Shown here piece after piece: positions 1 through 10,158 of a stretch of DNA of 64,000 nt. Positions within the stretch are counted from its first letter, which is position 1. The number at the start of each line of letters is the position of its first letter. Below the pieces are notes generated by a model, which had not been told where the DNA came from, did no database searches, and saw only the letters and a program-made list of their open reading frames with translations. Origin of the DNA: Heptranchias perlo (taxonomy: Eukaryota). A program made the position numbers and the translations under genes. The stretch spans positions 72,416,001 to 72,480,000 of the forward strand of contig NC_090331.1 in the NCBI RefSeq assembly GCF_035084215.1, written 5' to 3'.

Positions 1-312
1 TGTCAGAAAGGCACCTATCTGTTAGTCTCGGACCTCCTAGCCTCCTTTCAAGTGGCAGAAAAGAGAAGACCCAGAAATCCCAGCCCCTCGGGGTTGAAAT
101 CGGAAACTGTGGAAAATTGGAGGCCTGCAGTGTGAATGAAAGGTTTTAAAGTCTGACCAGCCTCCTGGGAGTGGCTTGGCCACTGACCCCCTCATCCCAC
201 CCCGGTAAAAAGGTGGAATGGGGGTGGGTTAGGGGTGGGTCTGAAATGGTTGAGATTTTGAATGCCCCCACCAGTCCCAACCCACCCGTTTTTCATTACT
301 AAAAACGTGCCA
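1..312. mobile_element. Right-hand part of the same TIR-type insertion in intron 2 of gene 1
   Basis: Aligns to 53554-53864. Confidence 0.65.
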
Positions 313-549
313 AATATTTCACCTAGTCTTTTAAGTTTGGATAATTAAACTGTTCATAACCAAGCTGTGTATCTTCATTATCACTACAAATATCAGGTAA
401 TTTCGAAATACCACACACAAAGCCTTAATACAAGTGAAAACAGCTGAAGTGTTTTCCCAGTTGACATTGACAAACTCAATTGCTCAGCAAGTTGTCATTA
501 ACTTGTCCTCAATCTGGGTAAAATATAAAAATCATAAAAGGTAACTTAC

Positions 550-894
550 ATATGGGTATGTGCGACATGACCTGATGTTGTCATTGAATCCCATCCAGCG
601 CTGGTAGTCAGGATATTCTCCTCTGCTCAGAGCATACTGATATCCCATGTAATTGGGTCTCTCATACAACACCCACCAGTCACTCTCAACACGGATGGAG
701 TTGCAGCGACTGAAGTAAGAGGACAGGTCAGCACAGTCAGTACTGCACTCGTAGTGCCGACCCTGGAAGTTCCTGTCTTCATAAAAGATGATCTGTGAAA
801 AGATATAGATTTGCAAATTAATAAATTCTCAAATTAGGGGATTGAAGAATTCTAATACAGAGTATAAAATCTGAGTTCTCCTTGCCTTTCCCAT
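550..894 (-). CDS. cryg: Gamma-crystallin gene 1 (type A), partial: exon 1 886-894 (MGK), exon 2 550-792; exon 3 lies outside the window
   Basis: ATG GGA AAG, then a 93-nt intron ending tttcacag, then a 243-nt exon ([40 protein letters not shown]...[12 protein letters not shown], two Greek-key motifs), then a GTAAGT donor. Symbol is family-level only. Confidence 0.93.
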
Positions 895-942
895 TTTGAG
901 CTCACAGTTAGACTGAATGTTTCACTGCTTCACACAGCTTGG

Positions 943-1022
943 TATTTATATGCTGGGCAGAAAGGCCTCTCTGGGCTGTATCTTTGTTATTCTAATGATT
1001 CAGGATTGAAACTCAGCAAAAA
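943..1022 (-). promoter_or_regulatory. Gene 1 proximal promoter: TATAAATA, SOX-like AACAAAG, AT-rich half-MARE TTTTTGCTGA
   Basis: TATAAATA at 943-950 (~50 nt upstream of the ATG), ctttgtt at 982-988, tcagcaaaaa at 1013-1022. SOX and large-Maf sites are established gamma-crystallin promoter elements. Assignment here is by motif only. Confidence 0.7.
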
Positions 1023-1672
1023 TCATCAAAACGCATGTTGCATTCATTGAAAAACACCTGAAAGATGCCTGATGTGTCATTTATTCTTTCCCCTTGGCCT
1101 TCCTGTCATTTTAATTGTTGTTTGAACAAAGCACTTCTGGGACAATCACAGATACAAAGTCACTCAGGTCTGTTTCAAATAGTTTGGTGGAACCGCCTGG
1201 TTCTGCTCCCAAACTGGCAATGAAGACAGAGATATCCAGAGCATGTCGATTCGGTTATTGCCTTGTGCACATCTGGTTGATGTATAATTACGAGTGAGTT
1301 TAGTTTCCAGATTGCACCACTGCCCCCTCTCCAAATCCTTCATTCAATGATATCACGGCCGGCATCAATCTGATGACATTATTGCCTTCATGGGCAACCA
1401 TATTGTGGGTGGTGTTTATTAACACAAATTACAGATCATACATTGTTTATTTAGTTTAAACAGAGTCTTTGATAGAAACTTACTGTCTGCTTTTTTGTTT
1501 TTAAGTCAGGGACAAATAATAGGAATATTCAAATAAGGAAGAGAACGATGGAAATTTAAGATGTGGAAACCAACGTCAGAGATTGAAAGGAGCTTTCAGC
1601 TTTCTTTGTCCTGAAGGCAAAGTGTTAAAGACCGGAGCGTTCTCCTTCGGGATAACTTGGAAAAAAGGATGT

Positions 1673-1937
1673 GAGATCATTGCACTTTCCCAGATATCAC
1701 TGTGCTTTTCCATAGATCACTGTACTTTCCCAGAGATCACTGTAATTTCCCAGAGAACATTGTGCTTTTGCATGGACCATTTTAATCTCTATGGGATCAT
1801 TGTACTTTCCCAAAGATCACTGTACTTTCCCAGAGAACACTGTACTTCCCAGAGATCACTGTATTTTTCAGACATCACTGTGATCTCCCAGAGATCACTA
1901 CACTTTCCCAGAGACCACTGTACTTTCCCAGAGAACA
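1673..1937. repeat. 20-bp minisatellite, consensus GAGATCACTGTACTTTCCCA, ~13 degenerate units
   Basis: Directly visible 20-nt periodicity. Confidence 0.92.
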
Positions 1938-2652
1938 ATTTACAACGGCCTTTTCCTGTTAATTGAGGAGTGATCCAGTTCGATTTTGAGCTCCCTCAAA
2001 GCAGCGCAACTTGGGTTGGGAAGGTTGTGCAGAGGATTGTAGCTGTGATACTTTGGCCCCAAACCTTTGCTGTATTTGACCCATAAATCATGAAACTTAT
2101 ATAAGGGGGGGAAAGTAGACCAATGATTAAAAACAGATAAGAAACATTAATCATTGATCATTGTTCATGTAACTGACCTGAGGAAGATTACTTCCATAAA
2201 GAATATCAATGATGTCTTTTAATAAAAATATGACTGAGGTTGCATTCCAACAAGGAACCAGTTGCAGAGTTGTGATTGATTCAGCAAATCGTGCAAATGT
2301 GCACCTTACCTGACTGAGTGCAATAACAGAACCTCCTGTGATTCATAAATTTGTATTTTACCAAACGAGCAACCTTTGTACTCGGGGTAGTTTAGAAGCA
2401 GGACTTTCAGTTAAATCACTACCTTTTTAAAATAAATCGTGGAATAAACAAAATTTTCAGGATGGGATTGACGTTGTGCCCCTCATAAGTAAAAATAAAG
2501 AATACAGGAAGTGAAATTCGACATCTCGATTTTCAATATTGTACAATGTTAATCCACAACACACCAGTGACTTGGCCAATTGTACATTTTCTGCTCTGTA
2601 TTAAACTCTGGAAAACATTCTGTGTATTAATGGCAATAAGTGGTTCCTGAAA

Positions 2653-3035
2653 ACATACGAACATACAAAAATGAAGGGTAGGAAAAGGCCAGCAGGTCCA
2701 TCAAGGCTGCCCCACATGCATGATGGCAGGAGCATCACAACTGGACCTATCCTACCTCCCCAAAGCCATGTTATCTCCTGCTATCTCCATCAATCCACTG
2801 TGAGACCACAACTTGTCCTTCACAGTGGGGAAGAGCTCAGTGATCCAAACCTTCTCATTATTTTCACTGCCTGCTCTCTCAGGTTTCAGGGCTGGTCTCC
2901 CAGGCGATGTCGGAGCAGAGTGCACTTCAATCAAATCGACTCTCCATTAGAAGTGTCATTTTCCTGACTGCAAGATAGCCAGGATTTCGTTAAAAATCCT
3001 TCTTGCAGCCCATCCAAGAAGTACCCTGGAAATAT
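2653..3035 (-). mobile_element. Probable older LINE/SINE 3' fragment present in every spacer (also ~14500, ~26335, ~38197, ~51105, ~56201)
   Basis: Starts with acatacgaacatac, resembling the reversed tail of the CR1 fragment at 12464, followed by gtaggaaaaggccagcaggtccatc. Right edge uncertain. Confidence 0.45.
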
Positions 3036-3060
3036 TATTCCTCCTGAGTTTTGAGTTGTA

Positions 3061-6000
3061 TAAAATCTAGTTTAAAATCTTTTAAAATCTAGTGTTAATT
3101 GCTATTAACTGTTAAGTATGATCGACTGTTTCAGTTCAATTTTAAACTTTAAATTTTGAAGTTTGTCAGGCCAAAGCAGAGACAAACTGGAGAGCTGCTG
3201 TCGTTCGTTAAATGGTTCGCTGGATTAAACTGGTTTCTGAAAGAGTCGCAGAGCAGGGCTGACTCATCTGAGTCACAAACAGTGGAAATAACAGGGGCCT
3301 GTGAGTGCAACGGCACTGAGTGCAGTGAGGACGGAGTGAACAACTTGAGAGTTTGGGAAGTGTGGGAGTTCGGTGAAGTGGGGGAAGGAGGTGCTGCTTT
3401 GCCTTGCTTTTCCTAACTTTTCCACAGAGCAGCGGCGGGCCTGAGCAGCAGCAGACTGAGAATGGGATAAAAGCAGCAGCATAAGACCATAAGAACATCA
3501 GAGATAGGAGAAGGAGTAGGCCATTCGGCCCCTCGAGCCTGCTCCGCCATTTAATGAGATCATGGCTGATCTGTTTTTTACCTCAACTCCACTTTCCAGC
3601 CCTTTCCCCATATCCTTGACTACCTTGCTGATCAAAAATTTGTCCAACTCAGCCTTGATTGTATTCAATGATTCAGCCTCCACAGCTTTTTGGAGTGACC
3701 CCTTATTCTGAGATTATGAAACCCAAGTTTTAGATTCCCCCATAAGGGATAACATCCTCTCAGCATCTACACTATCGATTCCCCTCAGAATCCTGTATGT
3801 TTCAATAAGATCTCTTCTCATTCTTCCAAACTCCAATGAGTATACACCCAAGCTGTTAAATCTTTCCTCATAAGACAACCCTTCCATACCCGGAATCAAC
3901 CGAGTGAACCTTCTCTGAACTGCCTCCAATGCAAGGATATCCTTCCTTAAATAAGGGCACCAGGACTGTACGCAGTACTCCAGGTGTGGCCTCACCAGCA
4001 CCCTGTACAGTTGTAGAATGACTTCCCTGCTTTTATATTCCATCCCCCTGGAAATAATGGCCACTATTCCATTTGCCTTCCGGATTACCTGCTGCACCTG
4101 TATGTTGACTTTTTGTGTTTCATGTACGAGGACACCCAGATCCCTCTGTACCGCAGCATTTTGCAGTATTTCTCCATTCAAATAACATTTTGCTTTTATA
4201 TTTTTCCTCTCAAAGTGGATGACTTCACATTTTCCCACATTATATTCCATCTGCCAAATTTTTGCCCATTCGCTTAACCTGTCAGTATCCCTTTGCAGAC
4301 ACTTTGTGTCCTCATCGCAATTTGCTTTTCCACCTATCTTTGTATCATCAGTAAATTTGGTCACATGACACTCTGTTCCTTCATCCAAGTCATTGATATA
4401 TATTGTAAATAGTTGAGGCCCCAGCACTGATCCCTGCGGCACCTCACTAGTTACATATCACCATTTTGAAAATGACCCTTTTATTCAGACTCTTTGTTTT
4501 CTGTTAGCTAGCCAGTCTTCTATCCATGCCAGTAAATTTCCCCCAACACCATGAGCTCCTATCTTGTGCAGTAATCTTTGATGTGGCACCTTATCGAATG
4601 CCTTTAGGAAATCCAAATGTACTGCATCCATTGGTTCCCCTTTATCCACCCTGCCCGTTACTTCCTCAAAGAACTCTAATAAATTTGTCAGACATGATTT
4701 CCCCTTCATAAAACCATGTTGACTCTCCTTGATTGTATTATGAGTCGCCAAACGTCCTGCTGTGACTTCCTTAATAATGGATTCTGGCATTTTCCCAATG
4801 ACAGATGTTAGGCTAACTGGTGTATAGTTATCTGCTTTCTGTCTCACTCCCTTCTTGAATAGGGGTGTTACGTTTGCGGTTTTCCAATCCGCTGCAACCT
4901 TCCCAGAATCTAGTGAATTCTGGAAGATGACAACCAATGCATCCACTATCTCTGCAGCCACTTCCTTTGAGACCCTTGGATGCAAGCCATAAGGTCCAGA
5001 GGACTTGTCAGCCTTTAGACCCATTAGTTTCCCTAGTACTGATTCTCTCGTGATAGTGATTGTTTTTAGATCCTCCCCCCACTTTGCCCCTTGATTTTCT
5101 ACTATTATTGTGATGTTATTAGTGTCTTCTACTCTGAAGACAGATACAAAATATCTGTTCAATTCCTCTGCCATTTCCTTGTTTTCCATTATTATTTCCC
5201 CAGTCTCATCCTCTGAGGGACCAATGTTTACATTAGCTACCCTCTTCCTTTTTATATACTTGTCGAAGCTTATTTTTTTCAGAAGACCTGCAATCAGAGA
5301 AAACTGCAGTGTGACGTCACAGGTGAGGCAGGTAAGTGATTGGTAGTGACTGTGGGCTAAGTTTTGAGTTAACATACAGCATATAACTAAATTTTAAAAA
5401 CTAAACTTAATTGAAATAATCTAATAAATTAAACAAGGAAAATAATGTGTTTAACTCTAAATTAATGAAATAAATAAAATAATGGGAGAACAAGAGATGT
5501 GTTCCTGCTGCAATATGTGGGAGCTTATGGACCTTTTTGTCCAGGGTGACTACATCTGCAGTAAGTGTCTGCGGCTCGAGGAACTTCGGCCTCGAGTTGA
5601 GGAGCTGGAGTTCGAGCTGCGGATGTTACGAGACATCAGGGAGGGAGAAAGCGACCTGGACCTTTTGCTCCACGAGGTAGTCACACTCCTTAGATTAGAT
5701 ACTTTAGAACTGACACATGGTCAGGGACAGGAGGGTGTGACTGTGAGTGAGGCAGGTTCGGGGGTCCAGTAGGTAGTATTGCAGGATCCTCAGTCCCTGC
5801 GCTTGTCCAATGGATTTGAGGTTCTTGCAACCCTTGTGGACAAGCGTGGGACTGCGTGGAGTGCGAGCAAACTGACCACCGCATCGTGGCACACGAAGCC
5901 GTTCAAGTGGGGGGAATGAAAAGGAAGGTGGTTGCAGTGGGCGACAGTATAGTTAGGGGGATAGACACTGTTCTGTGCAGCCAGGAGCATGAGTCCCGAA

Positions 6001-9000
6001 GACTATGTTGTCACCCCGGTGCCAGGGTGAAGGTTATCTCCTCCGGGCTGGAGATGAACTTGGAGTGGGAGGGGGAGGACCCTGTTGTCGTGGTCCATAT
6101 TGGTGCCAATGACATTGGTTGGACTAAGAAAAAGGTTCTACTGAGAGAGTTTGAGCAGCTAGGGACTAAATTAAAAAGCAGAACTACAAAGGTAATAATC
6201 TCTGGATTGTTACCTGAGCCACGAGCAAATTGGCATAGGGTCAATTAGATCAGAGGGATGAATGCGTGGCTCAAAGATTGGTGTGGGAGAAGTGGGTTTC
6301 GATTCATGGGGCACTGGCACCAGTACTGGGGAAAGAGAGAGCTGTTCCATTGGGACGGACTACACCTGAACCATGCTGGGACCAGAGTTCTATCAAATCA
6401 AATAACTGGGGAGGTAGATAGGGCTTTAAACTAAATAAGGGGCGGAGGAAGGGTCCCGCTGGAGAGAAATCCAGAATGTCAAAGAGAAAAGACAAGGAAG
6501 AAGTGCAGGAAAGTGATTGGGGTAAGGATAACCAGATTGTGTCAGGAAGGGACAGACCGTACAAACAAAAGAGTGCACTAACAAATAGAGTCCGGGTAAG
6601 AAAAATGGTAATAAGACTAATGGGGCTAGAGTACATAAAAATGTAAAGATGTCTAAAAATGTTAAAAAGACAAATCCAAAGGTACTGTATCTGAATGCAC
6701 GAAGCATTCGTAATAGAGTAAATGAATTAACAGCACAAATAGATGTAAACGGATATGATATAATTGTAATTACAGAGACTTGGCTGCAGGATGACCAATG
6801 CTGGAAGCTTAATATCCAAGGGTATTCGATATTTAGGAAGGACAGGCAAAAAGGAAAAGGAGCTGGGGTGGCATTGTTAGTAAAGGATGAGATCAGAGCA
6901 ACAGTGAGAAAGGATAATGGCTCAGAAAATCAAGATGTAGAATCAGTCTGGGTGGAGTTATGAAGCACCAAGGGGCAGAAAACAGTGGTGGGAGTAGTCT
7001 ATCGGCCTCCAAACAGTAATGGTAATGTAGGGGATGGCATCAAACAGGAAATTAGAGGCGCATGTAACGAGGGTACTCGAGTAATCTTGGGTGACTTTAA
7101 TCTACATACAGACTGGCCAAACCAAATGAATTCCTGGAGTGTGTACGAGATGATTTTTTCGACCAGTACATTGAGGAGCCAACCAGGGAACAGGCTATCC
7201 TAGATTGGGTATTGTGCAATGAGAAGGGATTAATAAATAATCTTGTTGTGCGGGTCCTTAGGGGAAGAGTGACCTTAACATGATAGAAGTCTTCATTAAG
7301 ATGGAAAGTGAAGTAGTCCAATCTGAAACTGGGGTCCTAAATCTAAAGAAAGGAAACTATGAAGGTATGAGGAGTGAGTTGGCTCTGATAGATTGGGAAG
7401 CTTCATTAAAAGGCATGATGGTGGATAGGCAATGGCTCACATTTAAGGAACGAATGCATGAATTGCAACAATTATACATTCCTTTCTGGCGCAAAAACAC
7501 AAAAGGAAAAGCGGCCCAACCATGGCTAACAATAGAAATTAAAGATAGTATTAGATCCAATGAGGAGTCATATAAAATTGCCAGAAAAAGCAGTTTAGAA
7601 TTCAGCAAAAAAGGACCAAGGGATTGATTAAGAGGGGAAAAATAGAGTACGAGAGTGAACTTGCAATGAACATAAAAGTGGACTGTACAAGCTTCTACAA
7701 GTATGTAAAAAGAAAAAGATTAGTGAAGGCAAAGGTAGGTCCCTTACGGTCAGAAATGGGAGAATTTATAATGGGGAACAGGGAAATGGCAGAGCAATTA
7801 AACAAATACTTTGGTTCTGTCTTCACAGAAGACGACACAGAAAACTTCCCAGAAATGCTCGAGGACCAAAGGACGAGTGAGAAGGAGGAATTAAAGGAAA
7901 TTAGTATTCGTAAAAACATAGTGCTGGGGAAATTAATGGGACTGAAAGTCGATAAATCCCCAGGGCCTAATAAATTGCATTCCAGAGCACTAAAAGAGGT
8001 AGCCATGGAAATAGTGGATGCATTAGTTGTCATCTTCCTAAATTCTATAGATTATGGAACAGATCCTATGGATTGGAGGATGGCAAATGGAACCCCACTA
8101 TTTCAAAAAGGAGGGAGAGAGAAAACAGGGAACGACCGATCAGTTAGCCTAACATCAATAGAAGGGAAATTGCTAGAGTCTTTGATGAAGGATGTGTTAA
8201 CAGGACCCTTAGAAAAAATAAACGGAATTAGACAAAGTCAACGTGGATTTATGAAAGGGAAAGCATTTTTGACAAACCTACAATAGTTTTTTGAGGATGT
8301 AACTGGTAGAATAGATGAGGGAGAACCAGTGGATGTGGTTTATTTGGATTTTCAGAAGGCCTTTGATAAAGTCCCACATAAGAGGTTAGTGGGCAAAATT
8401 AAAGCACAGGGAATTGGTTGTAATATACTGGCATGGATTGAAAATTGTTTAACAGACAGGAAACAGAGAGTCGGAATAAATGGGTCTTTTTCGGGGTGGC
8501 AGGCAGTGACTAGTGGGGTACCTCAGGGATCAGTGCTCGGGCCACAGCTATTCACAATATATATCATTGATTTGCATGAGGGAAGCAAATATAATATTTC
8601 CAAGTTTGCTGACGACACAAAACTCGGTGGGATTGTCAGTTGTGAGGAGGATGCAAAGAGGCTTCAAGGCAATTTAAACAAGTTGAGCGAGTGGGCAAAG
8701 TATAATGTGGAAAAATGTGAAGTTATCCACTTCGGAAGGAAAAACAGAAAGGCAGAGTATTATTTCAATGGTGATAGATTGGGAAATGGTTGATGTACAA
8801 AGGAACCTGGGTGTCCTTGTACACCAGTCACTGAAAGCAAACATGCAGTTGCAGCAAGCAGTTAGGAAGGCAAATGGTATGTTGGCCTTCATTGCAAGAG
8901 GATTTAAATACAGGAGCAAGGATGTCTTACTGCAGTTATACAGGGCCTTGATGAGACCACACCTAGAGTATAGTGTGCAGTTTTGGTCTCCTCACTTCAG

Positions 9001-9519
9001 AAAGGATCTACTTGCCATAGAGGGAGTACAGCGAAAGTTCACCAGACTGATTCCTGGGATGGCAGAACTGTCATATGAGGAGAGATTGGGTCGACTCGGC
9101 CTGTATTCACTCGAGTTTAGAGTGAGAGCGGATCTCATTGATACGTATAAAATTCTGATAGGGCGAGACAGACTGGATGCAGGGAGGATGTTTCCCCTGG
9201 CTGTGGGATCCAGAACGAGGGGTCACAGTCTCAGGATACGGGGTAGGACATTTAGGACTGAGATGAGGAGAAATTTCTTCACTCAGAGGGTGGTGAACCT
9301 GTGGAATTCTCTACGACAGAAGACTGTGCAGGCCAAGTCACTGAATATATTTAAGAAGGAGCGAGATAGATTTCTAGATGCAAAAGGCATCAAGGGGTAT
9401 GGAGAGAGAGCGGGAATATGGTATTGAAGTAGAGGATCAGCCATGATCATATTGAATGGCAGAGCAGGCTCGAACGACCGAACGGCCTACTCCTGCCCCT
9501 TTTTCTATGTTTCTCTGTT
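3061..9519 (+). mobile_element. Decayed full-length CR1-clade LINE (5' UTR, ORF1 zinc-finger/esterase, ORF2 APE-RT) hosting a nested antisense CR1; copy 1
   Basis: Edges defined by the empty site at ~51513. ORF1 at 5482-6432 (CxxC pairs, GDSIVRG, HIGANDI, DGLH). ORF2 at ~6649-9427 (YLNARS, ITETW, GDFN, YLDFQKAFD, GVPQGSVLGP, FADD). 3' tail ttctatgtttctctgtt. Multiple stops and frameshifts. Confidence 0.93.
3480..5279 (-). mobile_element. Nested 5'-truncated CR1 LINE (RT half of ORF2 plus 3' tail), copy 1
   Basis: RT ORFs 4485-5375 and 3714-4442. The 3' tail reads cataagaccataagaacat on the plus strand. Flanked by cagcag (3474-3479) and cagaag (5280-5285). Confidence 0.92.
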
Positions 9520-10103
9520 AACCGACTTATATTAAGAACCATGAGCGTGTGTACAGTTACAGCATTGAATCAAATGAGATTTTTCATATACACCTGAGCA
9601 ATATATCCACTTCTTCACTGAAAGTGGTGAACATTGGAAATGGATTTCACTATAATTTTGTTTTCTGATGTGATTTTCAATGTTTTTACTTTAAAAAGCA
9701 GTTACATTCTCTTGGAGTTGAGGACGAGAGTGAAGCTGGACTAAATGCTGTGGATATTTTTACTTTAAAAGTGCCTGATTCTTATTCCAGGTTTCCTTTA
9801 GTCAACTGAGATGATATAGAAATGAGAACCTTGGATATCATTCATGGGACAAGCAGCCCTCATTCATAGTGACTTACATTTTGATGCTCACTTTCATGAA
9901 GTCCGTGCATTGTATTGTCAGTCTCATGGACAACGTTCATTCTTAAATCTGCATTTACTGAATTGAAATCAATTCATTAGCTGAGATCAAAGAGGTACAA
10001 TACTCGGCATGAGACACCAGCCTGAGATTTCCATGAGATTTCTCTATGATTTCCACCATTATCCAAATATAAATGACAAACTAGTTTGTTAAGTAGAGGA
10101 GAT

Positions 10104-10109
10104 TTTATT
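10104..10109 (-). terminator. Polyadenylation signal AATAAA of gene 2 (equivalents at 21940, 33803, 45660, 52099, 63667)
   Basis: AATAAA ~50 nt after the TAG, at the same position in all six copies that include exon 3. Confidence 0.8.
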
Positions 10110-10158
10110 AATGTTAAGACCATTTCAGAGAGACAAAATCATGTTTCTCAAGAACAAT

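Noticed and set aside
211-240. Telomeric repeat or G-quadruplex (ggggtgggttaggggtggg)
   Set aside because: There is only one TTAGGG, inside the G-rich TE. G4 potential is plausible, but nothing in the sequence supports a function.
532-816. ORF-track N-terminus MQIYIF(S/P)Q and stand-alone 84-aa MRIYERPDF ORFs as separate small proteins
   Set aside because: These are exons 2 and 3 extended into intron sequence or started at an internal Met. The true start is the MGK micro-exon.
1673-1937. CRISPR-like array
   Set aside because: Contiguous degenerate 20-bp units with no unique spacers and no cas genes, in a vertebrate context. It is a minisatellite.
1583-1966. 127-aa ORF and related ORFs (13581-13916, 25417-25752, 37253-37522, 50186-50521, 55129-55428) as genes
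   Set aside because: These are translations of the minisatellite. Frame and strand are not conserved between copies.
2671-3498. Short ORFs recurring in every unit (e.g. MKGRKRPAGPS..., MIEVHSAPTS...) as conserved genes
   Set aside because: Recurrence reflects recent duplication. Frames are broken in some copies (frameshift near 26440, stop at ~56222), and the sequence is TE-derived.
3714-9427. Retron, DGR or other prokaryotic RT system, or a domesticated RT gene next to repeated target genes
   Set aside because: The RTs carry CR1 LINE motifs with APE, esterase ORF1 and microsatellite tails, and are disabled. The crystallin copies retain introns and show no adenine-specific variable region.
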